A DNA stretch of 64,000 bases from Candidatus Latescibacterota bacterium. GTDB taxonomy: Bacteria; Latescibacterota; UBA2968. The notes under the pieces are model-generated. The model did no database searches, was not told where the DNA came from, and saw only the letters and a list, made by a program, of their open reading frames with translations. Of the stretch, positions 50,490-60,003 are shown piece by piece (the stretch's first letter is position 1; the number at the start of each line of letters is the position of its first letter). The position numbers and the translations under genes are program-made. The stretch is taken from assembly GCA_965205975.1 (NCBI GenBank), contig OZ242195.1, forward strand, positions 1,088,001 to 1,152,000, read 5' to 3'.

Positions 50490-51671
50490 ATGTCAAAACA
50501 CTTAAATTTAGATGAGCGGCTGCGCGTTCCCTACTCCATCGGCACGGGCATTCCCAACGATGCAGAGATTGAGGGGTATGTGCAATCGCTGCGAACCCAG
50601 GGGTTCTGCGTCATCGAGCGGGTGATTCCCAAAGATCAGGTTGACGCGGTGCGCGAGAGTGTGCACCGGGGTCGCGAGCTGTTGCAACAGGACCGCGAGG
50701 CGGAGCGCCGCAAGCGCATAGAGATAGAGCGTCAGAGAGACCCCGATGCCGAGATCGACGACAGCCCTGAGCGCTTCGAAAGATGGCGCGAGGACCCGGT
50801 GCGGCCACCTATGGCACCGCACGCCGAGTTGTGCGATATCGCGCGGTGCGAGACCTTCGCCGAGTATCTCGCGGAGCCTCGCGTACTGCGGGTTGCCAGA
50901 GCCATGCTCGATACACACATCCGTATTTTGCAGACGGAGGTCAACAAGTCGTCGCGACCGGCTAAGAAACCGCTATCCGAGCAGCAGCTTAAGCACCGCG
51001 GTTGGCATTCTGACTGGCCACACGATCTGAGCGCGTATGGGCCAAACAGCGAGCATCCCTGGAAGCACTGCGGCGCAGTCACCCAGCCCTTCCCCGACGT
51101 CTGCATGGCACTATCCACGGTCTGGTACCTCGGTCCGGAAGACGTGACCCCGTTCAACGGCGGTACGTGGATCGTGCCGGGGTCGCACAAAGACCCGCGT
51201 AACCCGCGAGGTCCCGACGACGGCATCGACGCGCGCGCACCAATTCCGGGAGAATTCCAGGTCTCTGCTCCGGCGGGCTCGGTTTTTATGCAGGACACGA
51301 GGATCTGGCACTCGAGCGGGCTTAACCAGAGCGAACACGAGCGCACGGCGGTGGTGTGCCGATATGGGCCGTGGTGGCTGTCTGGGAATGAGTTTGGCAA
51401 CTTGCACTCGGGCGGCCACACACTAAGGACCTACGTGCCGCGGGAGGTTTTCGCCAGGTTCTCTCCGGAGCTGAAGCTGCTGTATCGGCACATCGCTGAG
51501 GGCGAGCAGGATGTGCTACAGCCCGAGAACCAGCACAAGGCGTTGCGCGCCAGGTTTGTGGATCAACCGGAACTGCGCCATCCGGATCGCATCGGCGACA
51601 ACAGCCACATCGTCGCCGGGGACATGAGCGTTGAGGAATGGGAACGCCGCCGCGTCCAAAACGAGCATTGA
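50490..51671 (+). CDS. PhyH family dioxygenase (long form)
   Basis: GWHSDW, NGGT.IVPGSH and IWHS..N motifs. Confidence 0.88.
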   Translation: MSKHLNLDERLRVPYSIGTGIPNDAEIEGYVQSLRTQGFCVIERVIPKDQVDAVRESVHRGRELLQQDREAERRKRIEIERQRDPDAEIDDSPERFERWREDPVRPPMAPHAELCDIARCETFAEYLAEPRVLRVARAMLDTHIRILQTEVNKSSRPAKKPLSEQQLKHRGWHSDWPHDLSAYGPNSEHPWKHCGAVTQPFPDVCMALSTVWYLGPEDVTPFNGGTWIVPGSHKDPRNPRGPDDGIDARAPIPGEFQVSAPAGSVFMQDTRIWHSSGLNQSEHERTAVVCRYGPWWLSGNEFGNLHSGGHTLRTYVPREVFARFSPELKLLYRHIAEGEQDVLQPENQHKALRARFVDQPELRHPDRIGDNSHIVAGDMSVEEWERRRVQNEH

Positions 51672-51872
51672 GCTTTCTAAACGCAGAATAAATTCGTTCT
51701 GCTGATAGCGGGAAATTGGAGCCTGTGAACGGCCCGGATTGGGCAATCGGATAGCAGGGTGAAAGGAGATTGTGTGCAAAGCTATGATGACCTCTTGATG
51801 GAGGTCTATGAGTCTCGGGAAAAGATGGTTGCGACGAATCCCTGGTGATAAAGGAATGAAGGGAGTAGTGCA

Positions 51873-53234
51873 ATGGGAAAACAAAATATTGAGAAGCCGA
51901 ATATTATCTATATCATGCTGGATGAATGGGGATACTTTGAGTGGTCCGCCATGGACCATCCCATTCTTCAGACGCCCAATATCGACAGGATGGCGTCTGA
52001 GGGCATCCAGTTTACTCAGATGCTTGCGGGAGGCAATGTCTGTGCGCCGACGCGTTGTGCACTGATGACAGGTCAGCATACGGGCCACACAACGATCCGC
52101 GCAAATGGCGGCGGTCTGGCACTGCGTCCGGATGATGTGACGATCGCCGAAATGCTCAAAGCCGAGGGCTACGCAACTGGCGGCTTCGGCAAGTGGGGCC
52201 TGGGCGATGCCGGGACAACGGGTGTACCTGAGAAACACGGCTTTGATACCTTCTTCGGTTATTATCATCAGGTGCATGCACACACGTACTATCCGAGATA
52301 TCTTCTCCACAATAGTGAGAAGATGTATCTGGAGGGGAATACAGGTGATTTCCACACTGGCGAGGTGTTCTCCCATGGCCTCATCTATGAAGAAGGGCTG
52401 AAGTTCATACGAGAGAACAAAGATCGCCCATTCTTTGCCTATTTACCGTGGACGCCTCCGCACGGCCAGTGGATGATGCCGGAATCGGATCCAGCCTGGC
52501 AGAAGTACAGGGACGTGAAATGGGATGCCACGAACCAGAGAGGACCGCACGATGCACAGATGTACGCCGCGATGATGGAAATGGCCGATCGCCAGATCGG
52601 TGAGATTATGGATCTGCTGAAGGCGTTGCAGATTGACGAGAAGACCATCATTTTTGCTTGCGGCGACAATGGAGGTGCTCCTTATTTTGCAAATGATAAT
52701 CATCCGCATGGCTTTTTTGCCCCCAATCTGAATCCCGGGACGGGCGAACGCTTCCGCGGGGGCAAGGGCAATTTCTATGAAGGCGGATTACGGGTTCCCT
52801 TTATTGTCCGGTGGCCGGGTCAAATTGAGCCGGGAATGGTTTCTGATCATCTGGGATACTTTCCGGATGTGATGCCCACTCTGGCAGAACTGACGGGGGC
52901 GAAGCCCGGGTCTGAGATTGATGGTATTTCGATCGCGCCCACATTGCGCGGTGAGACCGGGCGCACGCAGGCGCAGCACGAGTACCTGTACTGGGAGGAT
53001 CGGAAAAGTTGCGCTGTTCGTATGGGAAGTTGGAAAGCCGTGAGACCAGACAATGACGGGCCGTTTGAGTTATATGACTTGAGCACAGATGTTGAAGAAC
53101 TGAACGATGTTGCTGCTCAGTATTCTGACGTTCTCGAGAAGATGACGCAGTATGCCGGGGATGCTCATACACCGGTTCGCGAAGGCGAGATTCTCGATCC
53201 ATCTATGGGATTCAAAGGACACGATGAGGATTAG
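51873..53234 (+). CDS. Arylsulfatase
   Basis: CAPTRC, GKWGL and YEGGLRVP motifs. Confidence 0.94.
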   Translation: MGKQNIEKPNIIYIMLDEWGYFEWSAMDHPILQTPNIDRMASEGIQFTQMLAGGNVCAPTRCALMTGQHTGHTTIRANGGGLALRPDDVTIAEMLKAEGYATGGFGKWGLGDAGTTGVPEKHGFDTFFGYYHQVHAHTYYPRYLLHNSEKMYLEGNTGDFHTGEVFSHGLIYEEGLKFIRENKDRPFFAYLPWTPPHGQWMMPESDPAWQKYRDVKWDATNQRGPHDAQMYAAMMEMADRQIGEIMDLLKALQIDEKTIIFACGDNGGAPYFANDNHPHGFFAPNLNPGTGERFRGGKGNFYEGGLRVPFIVRWPGQIEPGMVSDHLGYFPDVMPTLAELTGAKPGSEIDGISIAPTLRGETGRTQAQHEYLYWEDRKSCAVRMGSWKAVRPDNDGPFELYDLSTDVEELNDVAAQYSDVLEKMTQYAGDAHTPVREGEILDPSMGFKGHDED

Positions 53235-53241
53235 GTCGTTC

Positions 53242-54121
53242 ATGGCAGACACTAAAGCAAATAAAAGCAATCAACACAATGTGCTCTTTATCGCCATTGA
53301 CGATCTGTGTGGTTGTCCCGATGCGATGAACGGAGAAACCTCTGTTCATACTCCCAATATGAATGCGCTTGCCCAAAAGGGCGTGTATTTTACCAATGCA
53401 CATTGTGCAGCGCCTGCGTGCAATCCTTCACGTGTAAGTGTGATGACGGGGTTGGCACCATCGACATCGGGCGTGTATCTCAATAGGCAGGATTGGAGAA
53501 AATGTAAGAGCCTGAAAGATAGGATTACACTGCCTCAATATTTCAAGGGCAAGGGGTACAAAACCCTTGGCGGCTGTCAGTTTTACCGACGACATGGTTG
53601 GGCGTCTATTAGCTGCACTTCAAAATGGACCTCACGCCGAAAATACTATTATTGTGTTGTGGTCAGACAATGGGTATCATCTGGGGCAAAAGGAGCATTG
53701 GGAGAAATTCGCATTGTGGGAGCAGACCACGCGGGTACCGATGATCATCGTTGCGCCTGGAGAGATTGCCTCGGGCAAGGTCTGCAAACAGGCTGTCAGC
53801 TTGCTCGATATTTATCCCACGCTAATCGAATTGTCTGGCGGCAAAATATCAGGAGATTTCGATGGGGTGAGTCTGGTCCCTTTGCTACATAACCCAGAAG
53901 AGGAGACCCATCGCGCAGTGGTCTGCACACAGGGATGCAATAACCATGCAATAAGATCGGATAGGTGGCGTTATATCCGGTATGAAGACGGATCGGAAGA
54001 ATTATACGACCATCAAAGCGATGGGAAAGAGTTCCACAATCTGGCAGATCGGGAAGCGTATGTTTCCGTCAAACGAGAACTGGCATCATGGTTGCCAAAA
54101 CACAATGCGGAACCACAATAG
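53242..54121 (+). pseudogene. Sulfatase (iduronate/choline-sulfatase-like) with an internal deletion and frameshift near 53570
   Basis: The N-half (CNPSR...GYKTLGG) and C-half (LAAVSFTD...WSDNG) are in different frames and meet at CTTGGCGGC. Confidence 0.85.
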
Positions 54122-54145
54122 ATGGTAACAAACAGGGAGAAGGCT

Positions 54146-54922
54146 ATGAAACTCACCACTGAACAAATCAGTGAATTTTACCACCGAGGGTATGTCAAAA
54201 TCCCCGGTGTGATCTCGAAATCAATGGTTGACACGGCTCGTCAAGCGATCAACTATTCCATCGGCACACTCAGCCCGAAGGGTCTGAATTTGGCAAAGCA
54301 CCACGGTGGCGGTGAGGTCGTCAGCAATCTCAATAGCAGCCCAATGATCAAGGATCTGTACCACAAAAGCCCTGTCATTTCTCTGACCGAATCTCTACTG
54401 GGCGAAGGAAATCTTAAAGTCCCCATTGGCAGGACAACTCCCGCCTCGCGTTTTCCCAATGTCCTGGGCAAAGCACCGCCCGAACCGACCGGTCACATCG
54501 ATAATATGGGCAATGGGAGAAACGGCAAACCAAAAGGTTCCTATCACCGGGGCTTTACCTGCTTTGGCATCATCTATCTCGCCGATGTACCCGAGCCTTA
54601 TAGTGGAAATTTCACAGTCTGGCCCGGGTCCCATCACGTCTATGAAGACTATCTAAATAAGGAGGGCATTGAAATTCTCTCCAATGGACAGCCACGTATT
54701 GACCAGCCCGAACCACCGGATATGATCACCGGTCAGGCAGGGGATCTCATTCTCGCTCATTTTTTGGTGTATCACTGCGCCAGCCCCAATGCTTCTCCCA
54801 ACATTCGCTATGCCACAATTGCCCGCATGAGCCATGTTGATTGCGCAAAAAATGGCAACGACTGCTTTACCGACATCTGGCGAGAATTTTCCTGCGTCCG
54901 CGAAGTGATGGGTATTGACTGA
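54146..54922 (+). CDS. PhyH family dioxygenase
   Basis: GHID, GNFTVWPGSH and AGD....H...YH motifs. Confidence 0.88.
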   Translation: MKLTTEQISEFYHRGYVKIPGVISKSMVDTARQAINYSIGTLSPKGLNLAKHHGGGEVVSNLNSSPMIKDLYHKSPVISLTESLLGEGNLKVPIGRTTPASRFPNVLGKAPPEPTGHIDNMGNGRNGKPKGSYHRGFTCFGIIYLADVPEPYSGNFTVWPGSHHVYEDYLNKEGIEILSNGQPRIDQPEPPDMITGQAGDLILAHFLVYHCASPNASPNIRYATIARMSHVDCAKNGNDCFTDIWREFSCVREVMGID

Positions 54923-54985
54923 GAACTTCAAGCGACTGACGTGAAGGAGATTGTGGCAGCAGCAGAAAAGGCAACGGGCTAAAAG

Positions 54986-56299
54986 CTATTTCCTCGAAAC
55001 AGGGATGCCCCGATCAGTCTTCCATTTTCTTAGGGCTTGTCCCCATTTGCCCGGTCTGGCGTCTTCAGGAGTCAGGATCTTCTTGTCAGCGTTATACTTG
55101 AATCCCTCAAGGGTCACGTTCTCGATATCGACGCGATATGTACCATTTGTGTAATCCTTTACCGCCCCGATCGATGGCCCGTCAAAGAATTTTATGACCT
55201 TTCTGAGCCTCAGATCATCGTAGTATTCTTCCGGAATATTCATCATTTCGTGTGTTTTTACCTGCGCATCTCGCCCAAAAATCGCGTGAATATTTTTGAT
55301 GGAACACCCATCGGCAAAGCGTCCGGGTTTCGCGGCGGGATTTCTCGCCTGTTCGGCCTTCTTGACGTTTCCTCTGCCTATGGTGACCGCATATGTACTG
55401 CTTTTGGACGTGACGCCATCGACATGGACCAATCCATTGTTCGCGCTGTGAGGTCCAAGCATGACGGCACACCGTCCGTTTTCAGAGGTGATGTTTCTGG
55501 CTGTAATGTCATAAACTGCCGTGTGATCTCCCACAGCACCCGTTTCCAGTCTCAGGGTGACGCCTCCCTTTGCATAAAGATCTTCGAAGTGCAACGATTG
55601 TGCGCCGTGTAACTGAACGAGTCCGTATCCCGGGCTGGCGTTGAAGATGCGGCAATTTCGAATGGTTCCATTGGTTGCGCGAGAGATCCCCCAGTGTTTC
55701 ACATTTTCGTTGCGCGACCGTGTAGGAGTCATCGTCAATCCGCAATAGACCGTGAAGTTATCTTTTATGTCGAGGTCGGAGATGAGGAAATTTCTGACCA
55801 TTCTGCACAGGACGGTGCGGATGCCTTCGTCTTCCCGCCGTTCCCGGTCGGAATAATCGACGATGAACCGTCCGCCGAGTCCCCTAATGCTGACGTTCTC
55901 AATAAACTCATTTCCCCTTTGCTTAGGTCCCCTCCCGGATGTATCCTCATAGTCCAGGATGAAAATAACGGTTTTTGTCCCTTCTGGCCAATAGGGCTTG
56001 ATGACTGTATCCTTTTCGATCAACAGGTGTACATTTGACTTGAGATAGACTTTTGCAAATCGATAGGTGCCTTTCGGAAGAATAAGCCGTCCACCGCCTG
56101 CGGCTGCGACGTCGTTGATCGCCTTCTGCAAAAGCGCACTCTGGTTGGTTTTTGCACCGTCATCAACCAGGCTGTAATCGGATTCGAGGTTTTTCACAAA
56201 ACCGTTTGGGTCCATGGTTTCCTGGTATCTGGCCTCGGCCGTTGTGGCCCATGAGATAAGCGTGAAGGTCATGAGACCAGGTATCAAGGTGAGCTTCAT
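54986..56299 (-). CDS. Secreted beta-helix glycoside hydrolase, iota-carrageenase (GH82)-like
   Basis: Signal peptide; LQKAI...GGG.L.LPKGTY; GYGLVQ...GG.TLRLET resembles the GH82 catalytic region (from recall). Confidence 0.72.
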   Translation of the reverse strand: MKLTLIPGLMTFTLISWATTAEARYQETMDPNGFVKNLESDYSLVDDGAKTNQSALLQKAINDVAAAGGGRLILPKGTYRFAKVYLKSNVHLLIEKDTVIKPYWPEGTKTVIFILDYEDTSGRGPKQRGNEFIENVSIRGLGGRFIVDYSDRERREDEGIRTVLCRMVRNFLISDLDIKDNFTVYCGLTMTPTRSRNENVKHWGISRATNGTIRNCRIFNASPGYGLVQLHGAQSLHFEDLYAKGGVTLRLETGAVGDHTAVYDITARNITSENGRCAVMLGPHSANNGLVHVDGVTSKSSTYAVTIGRGNVKKAEQARNPAAKPGRFADGCSIKNIHAIFGRDAQVKTHEMMNIPEEYYDDLRLRKVIKFFDGPSIGAVKDYTNGTYRVDIENVTLEGFKYNADKKILTPEDARPGKWGQALRKWKTDRGIPVSRK

Positions 56300-56400
56300 A
56301 ATAGATTCTCCTTGTTTTATATCAGTGCTCGATGGTTTTTATTCTTGCACACAACTTACATATCTAAAGGCGCAACTGCAAGCTGAAGATAAAGTTATCA

Positions 56401-58383
56401 TTATCTGCCCGGCAGATTTTTTGCACGGTTCACGAGATGATGGACATCCATGTATGGTTCGGGGGCTGTGGACCTCCAGACGACCTCGCCGGTCGCATCC
56501 AGCAGGACTGTGCCGTGCGCTGGGCCGGTGTGGGCCATTCCAAACCAGCCTGCCCATTTGCCAGAAGTGTCTGAGACCAGGCTCGACGACAGCGCAGCAA
56601 CTCTCTCCTGGTCTGGATCGGATTCTGGCGTGATGATCACCAGATTGATGTCGTTCTCCCGAAGCACCTCGTCGAACAAACGCGCGTGCTCGTAACAATG
56701 CCCGCATTGAACGCCAGTGATGAATGTGACGACGGTCGTCTTGCCAGTGATCAAGCTGAGTTGCTCTGGCTCTTCCACAACCAGGAACTGTCCCATCATC
56801 CCGTTGTCTTCGTGTTCCAGGATGTGGCAGTGGTACATGTATGGTACCTGAGGATCAGCATATCGATCGAAGGCCATGATGATCCGAACGAGATCACCTG
56901 GAGGCACCAGGACTGTGTCTTTCCAGCCGAGGTCGGCACTGGTGGATGGTTGGCCGTTGCGGTCGAGAATTTGAAACTGGACCGGATGGAGGTGGAAAGG
57001 GTGCGGCTGACCGCCGCGATTATGTACTTCCCAAATCTCAATGTCTCCCAATCGCACGACCTCATCAATTCTCTCCATGTCCATTGTCTTGCCGTTGATC
57101 GGTGGTCCCCCTCGACCTCCTCGACCTCTTCGACCTCCCCGTCCCCCTCGTCCTCCTTGTCCTCGTTCGCCTTGTAGAGCCGCCAGATTCCGGGTGATGC
57201 GTTGTTGTATGTTTTGTAGTCGTCCCCCTCGTTCCCCTCGACCACCTTGTCGGAGTCCAGCCAAAACCATCGGACGGGTTTTGGCGGCGAGTGAGGGATC
57301 GATGCGGGAGATGGTGTTGAGGCGCTCTGGCAGTGCGTGAGATGCGCGTTTTGCTGGCTGGGGAACGATTTTCAACAATTGCAGGTTCCCCGTGCCGATT
57401 CCCCATAAAAACGATATAATCGTTCTCCGCAATCCTGCTTCTGGGTAGCTTTTCAACACCACCTCAGCACCGTCGCTGAAGTCAACCAGGATTTCGGCTC
57501 GCTCGCCGGGTGCGAGGATCACGCGGTTGGTTTTGAGGGGCGTCTCGAGGAATCCGCCATCTGTGGCGATCTGATGAAACTCTCGGTTATCGTCAAAGCC
57601 GATGTAGTAGATACGCGCATTCGAGCCGTTTAACAGTCTGAATCGAATGCGACGCGACTCAACCTGGAGAAATGGATTATAGGTTCCATTGATCAGCATG
57701 GTGTTTCCAAAGACAGCACCCTGGTTGCGGGCAAAGCGAAACGCACCATCGTTGTCAAACAGTCGGTCCTGGAGCACGAGTGGAATGTCGTCAACGCCGT
57801 AGGTCTTTGGCAGGTCCAGCGCATCACTGTTATCGTCATCGATCCACATGAGGCCAGCGACCCCCCGATAGACCTGCCGTCCCGTATTGCCATGCGGATG
57901 CGGGTGGTACCATAACGGAGCAGCCTGTTGATCGACCGGAAAGCTGGCAGTCCACGATACTCCAGGCTCAATTTTCTGATGTGGTGTGCCGTCCATGCGA
58001 GCGGGAACGTGCATTCCGTGCCAGTGCATTGTCGTTATTTCATCCAGGTTGTTCTGGACGATCAGATCGACATCTTCGCCCCGACGCAGTCGCAGTGTCG
58101 GTCCCAGAAACGGTCCGTTAACGCCAGCTGTCGGTGTTTGTTTGCCTGGCAAGAACTCTCGGCTTCCTTCAGCAACGGTCAGGTGAAACTGCCGACGTCC
58201 ATCCACAACGGTTCCAAATAACTGTTCGGGAATCAGCAGTTTATTCTCAAAGGTCAACCCACTGTTTGTGGCCCGGATGAACAACAGCCAGTAGCAGGTC
58301 ACGCCCAATAACAGTACGATAATCAACAGTTCGATTGTGATTGGCTTCAGCCGTCGGGACCTGGTCGCTGTATCTGCAGGCAT
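56401..58383 (-). CDS. Multicopper oxidase (CueO-like) with a C-terminal CxxC thioredoxin/AhpC-like domain
   Basis: HWHG, WYHPH, HPFHLH and HCHILEHEDNGMM motifs; tail FITGVQCGHC...HGTVLLD.TG.V.W. Confidence 0.92.
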   Translation of the reverse strand: MPADTATRSRRLKPITIELLIIVLLLGVTCYWLLFIRATNSGLTFENKLLIPEQLFGTVVDGRRQFHLTVAEGSREFLPGKQTPTAGVNGPFLGPTLRLRRGEDVDLIVQNNLDEITTMHWHGMHVPARMDGTPHQKIEPGVSWTASFPVDQQAAPLWYHPHPHGNTGRQVYRGVAGLMWIDDDNSDALDLPKTYGVDDIPLVLQDRLFDNDGAFRFARNQGAVFGNTMLINGTYNPFLQVESRRIRFRLLNGSNARIYYIGFDDNREFHQIATDGGFLETPLKTNRVILAPGERAEILVDFSDGAEVVLKSYPEAGLRRTIISFLWGIGTGNLQLLKIVPQPAKRASHALPERLNTISRIDPSLAAKTRPMVLAGLRQGGRGERGGRLQNIQQRITRNLAALQGERGQGGRGGRGGRRGRGGRGGPPINGKTMDMERIDEVVRLGDIEIWEVHNRGGQPHPFHLHPVQFQILDRNGQPSTSADLGWKDTVLVPPGDLVRIIMAFDRYADPQVPYMYHCHILEHEDNGMMGQFLVVEEPEQLSLITGKTTVVTFITGVQCGHCYEHARLFDEVLRENDINLVIITPESDPDQERVAALSSSLVSDTSGKWAGWFGMAHTGPAHGTVLLDATGEVVWRSTAPEPYMDVHHLVNRAKNLPGR

Positions 58384-58441
58384 GCTTTCTCCTTATATGG
58401 GTGATCCGCGTTGCGCGCTTGTGCGCGAGTGGTGTGACATC

Positions 58442-58473
58442 TTATTTGACAGCAGAAATTCGTGGCGCGTTCC
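58442..58473 (-). promoter_or_regulatory. ECF (sigmaE-like) promoter of the multicopper oxidase
   Basis: Minus strand reads GGAACGC-N16-GTCAAATAA. Confidence 0.7.
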
Positions 58474-58493
58474 ATTCATTGCGCATCCTAATA

Positions 58494-58528
58494 AAAAAAG
58501 GTCGTGAGATTAGTTCCCACGACCTTTT
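58494..58528 (-). terminator. Intrinsic terminator after the FAH gene
   Basis: Minus strand: AAAAGGTCGTGGGA-ACTAA-TCTCACGACCTTTTTTT. Confidence 0.8.
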
Positions 58529-58582
58529 GACTTTGATTACTGAAAAAACTGAGTTACAAAATCAGAATTCGTTCAACCTGTT

Positions 58583-59422
58583 TTACCAACGCCTCTTCAG
58601 CGCATCGCGGACACTGACCTCTAAGTGAGGACCGAATCCCTCGATCTCCAACCGAACTTTGAAGCCATCCTGAATCGGTGACAGAGCTTCGTGATGGGTG
58701 CCGGTTGCAACGACATCCCCTGGTTCAAGGGTGATGACGCTGGTGATTTCCTCCAGCAACTCGGGGATGTGGCGGGCCATATCGCCTGTAGAAAAATCGT
58801 GTTTGAGGGTGTTGTTGACCCATAGCTTCACTGAAAGGTCATTTGGGTCTGATACCTCATCGGCAGTCACCAGAGTCGGTCCGAGGGGAGCAAATGTGTG
58901 CCAGCTTTTTCCCAGGAAGAAGCCACCGGGCAATCCCCGAGCCGAAACATCTATGAACTGTGTATAACCAAAGACGTGGTCCAGCGCATCGGCTTGCGAG
59001 AGGTGGCTGGCTCTCTTGCCGATTACCAGTGCCAACTCTGGCTCAAAATGGAAAACACTCGCTTCGGCGTCCGGGAGTTCAACCGTGCTGCCGGTAGGCA
59101 TCACACTCGTGTTGGCCTTGAGAAATCCATTGAACAGACTTCGCTCCGGCTGCCCCGGCTCGATATAATTACCAGCGGCACACATGAGTTGACTGGGGCG
59201 GGGCAGGGGCGATTGCAAAGTCACCGTATCGAGGGCGACACCGTTTCCACCTTCTATAGCGCTCTCGATTCTGGATTGCATGGCATCCCAATCAGTAATG
59301 ATCATCTGCATCATTTCTTGAGCGTTGTGATACCCTAAGTCAGCGACCGAATTACCAACTGGGACGACTGTATCGCCTTGCAAAACACCCAGTTGAAAAT
59401 CATTGTAGAGTACGAGTTTCAT
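58583..59422 (-). CDS. Fumarylacetoacetate hydrolase family protein
   Basis: GNY, FEPELALVIG, DVSAR, GKS and LEPGDV..TGT motifs. Confidence 0.93.
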   Translation of the reverse strand: MKLVLYNDFQLGVLQGDTVVPVGNSVADLGYHNAQEMMQMIITDWDAMQSRIESAIEGGNGVALDTVTLQSPLPRPSQLMCAAGNYIEPGQPERSLFNGFLKANTSVMPTGSTVELPDAEASVFHFEPELALVIGKRASHLSQADALDHVFGYTQFIDVSARGLPGGFFLGKSWHTFAPLGPTLVTADEVSDPNDLSVKLWVNNTLKHDFSTGDMARHIPELLEEITSVITLEPGDVVATGTHHEALSPIQDGFKVRLEIEGFGPHLEVSVRDALKRRW

Positions 59423-59552
59423 GAGAATTTCCTCCTGAAAAATAATGTTAATGAAGATCCTTTTCTGGGAATCTATCTCGTTTAAGCTCGGCCAATATAA
59501 GACATTTTCCCGGGGATTGAAAATCTGAATGATGGCTTGCGATTTCTTTCAC

Positions 59553-59983
59553 TTTCCTGTAGGAAGCCCCGTCCTTTGGGCGTGGTCAGAGATAGTTGGC
59601 TTTGCCGTTAAGCCGTTTTGTGGGTATATTTCGCAGGTGCTATCGTAGCGCACACAAAGGCACTCTCTTTTGAGAGTAAACGGTTTCGGTGTGGGATAGC
59701 ACACAAAATCCTCTCTGTGATGTTAGTTGAGAGGCAGATTTGGCAACAACAGCGGTATGGATTGCGGTTGTGTTGTCGTCAAATCTGATGGGCACAGTTA
59801 GGGGCCTGACCTCCCAAACCTGCGGTAGCAATCCGCTGCTGTCAACTGCCCTGAAGTCTCGCCACGCAGTGAGCGGTTTAAACCTAAGCCCTTGCTCGGA
59901 TATGCTGCATTGCCTCCAATGGGTGGGTCAAGCACCTGGGGTGTGGCAGGGACAAGCCACCTGCTCAGCAGGTGGTGGTTGAC
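59553..59983 (+). mobile_element. Non-coding IS200/IS605-type element (PATE/MITE-like), 431 bp
   Basis: Left end TCAC|...GAAG-CCCCGTCC-TTT-GGGCGTGG; right end CAAG-CCACCTG-CTCAG-CAGGTGG-TGGT-TGAC|. No transposase or TnpB ORF. Confidence 0.8.
59602..59630 (+). promoter_or_regulatory. sigma70 promoter inside the element
   Basis: TTGCCG-N17-TATATT. Confidence 0.6.
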
Positions 59984-60003
59984 ATCGTTCTGACTATCCG
60001 GAG
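59637..60003 (+). ncRNA. Predicted structured RNA: unknown 5' domain + omegaRNA-like 3' domain + flank-derived guide
   Basis: Consecutive stems with G-U pairs on the + strand; GTCAACTGCC (59841-59850) is complementary to the terminal GGTGGTTGAC. Confidence 0.55.

Noticed and set aside
59553..59983. IStron/group I intron, or IscB-type HEARO RNA on the minus strand
   Set aside because: There are no recognisable P7 (R/S) elements and no terminal G. G-U pairs and the promoter favour the + strand, and there is no iscB ORF. Not fully excluded without a covariance search.
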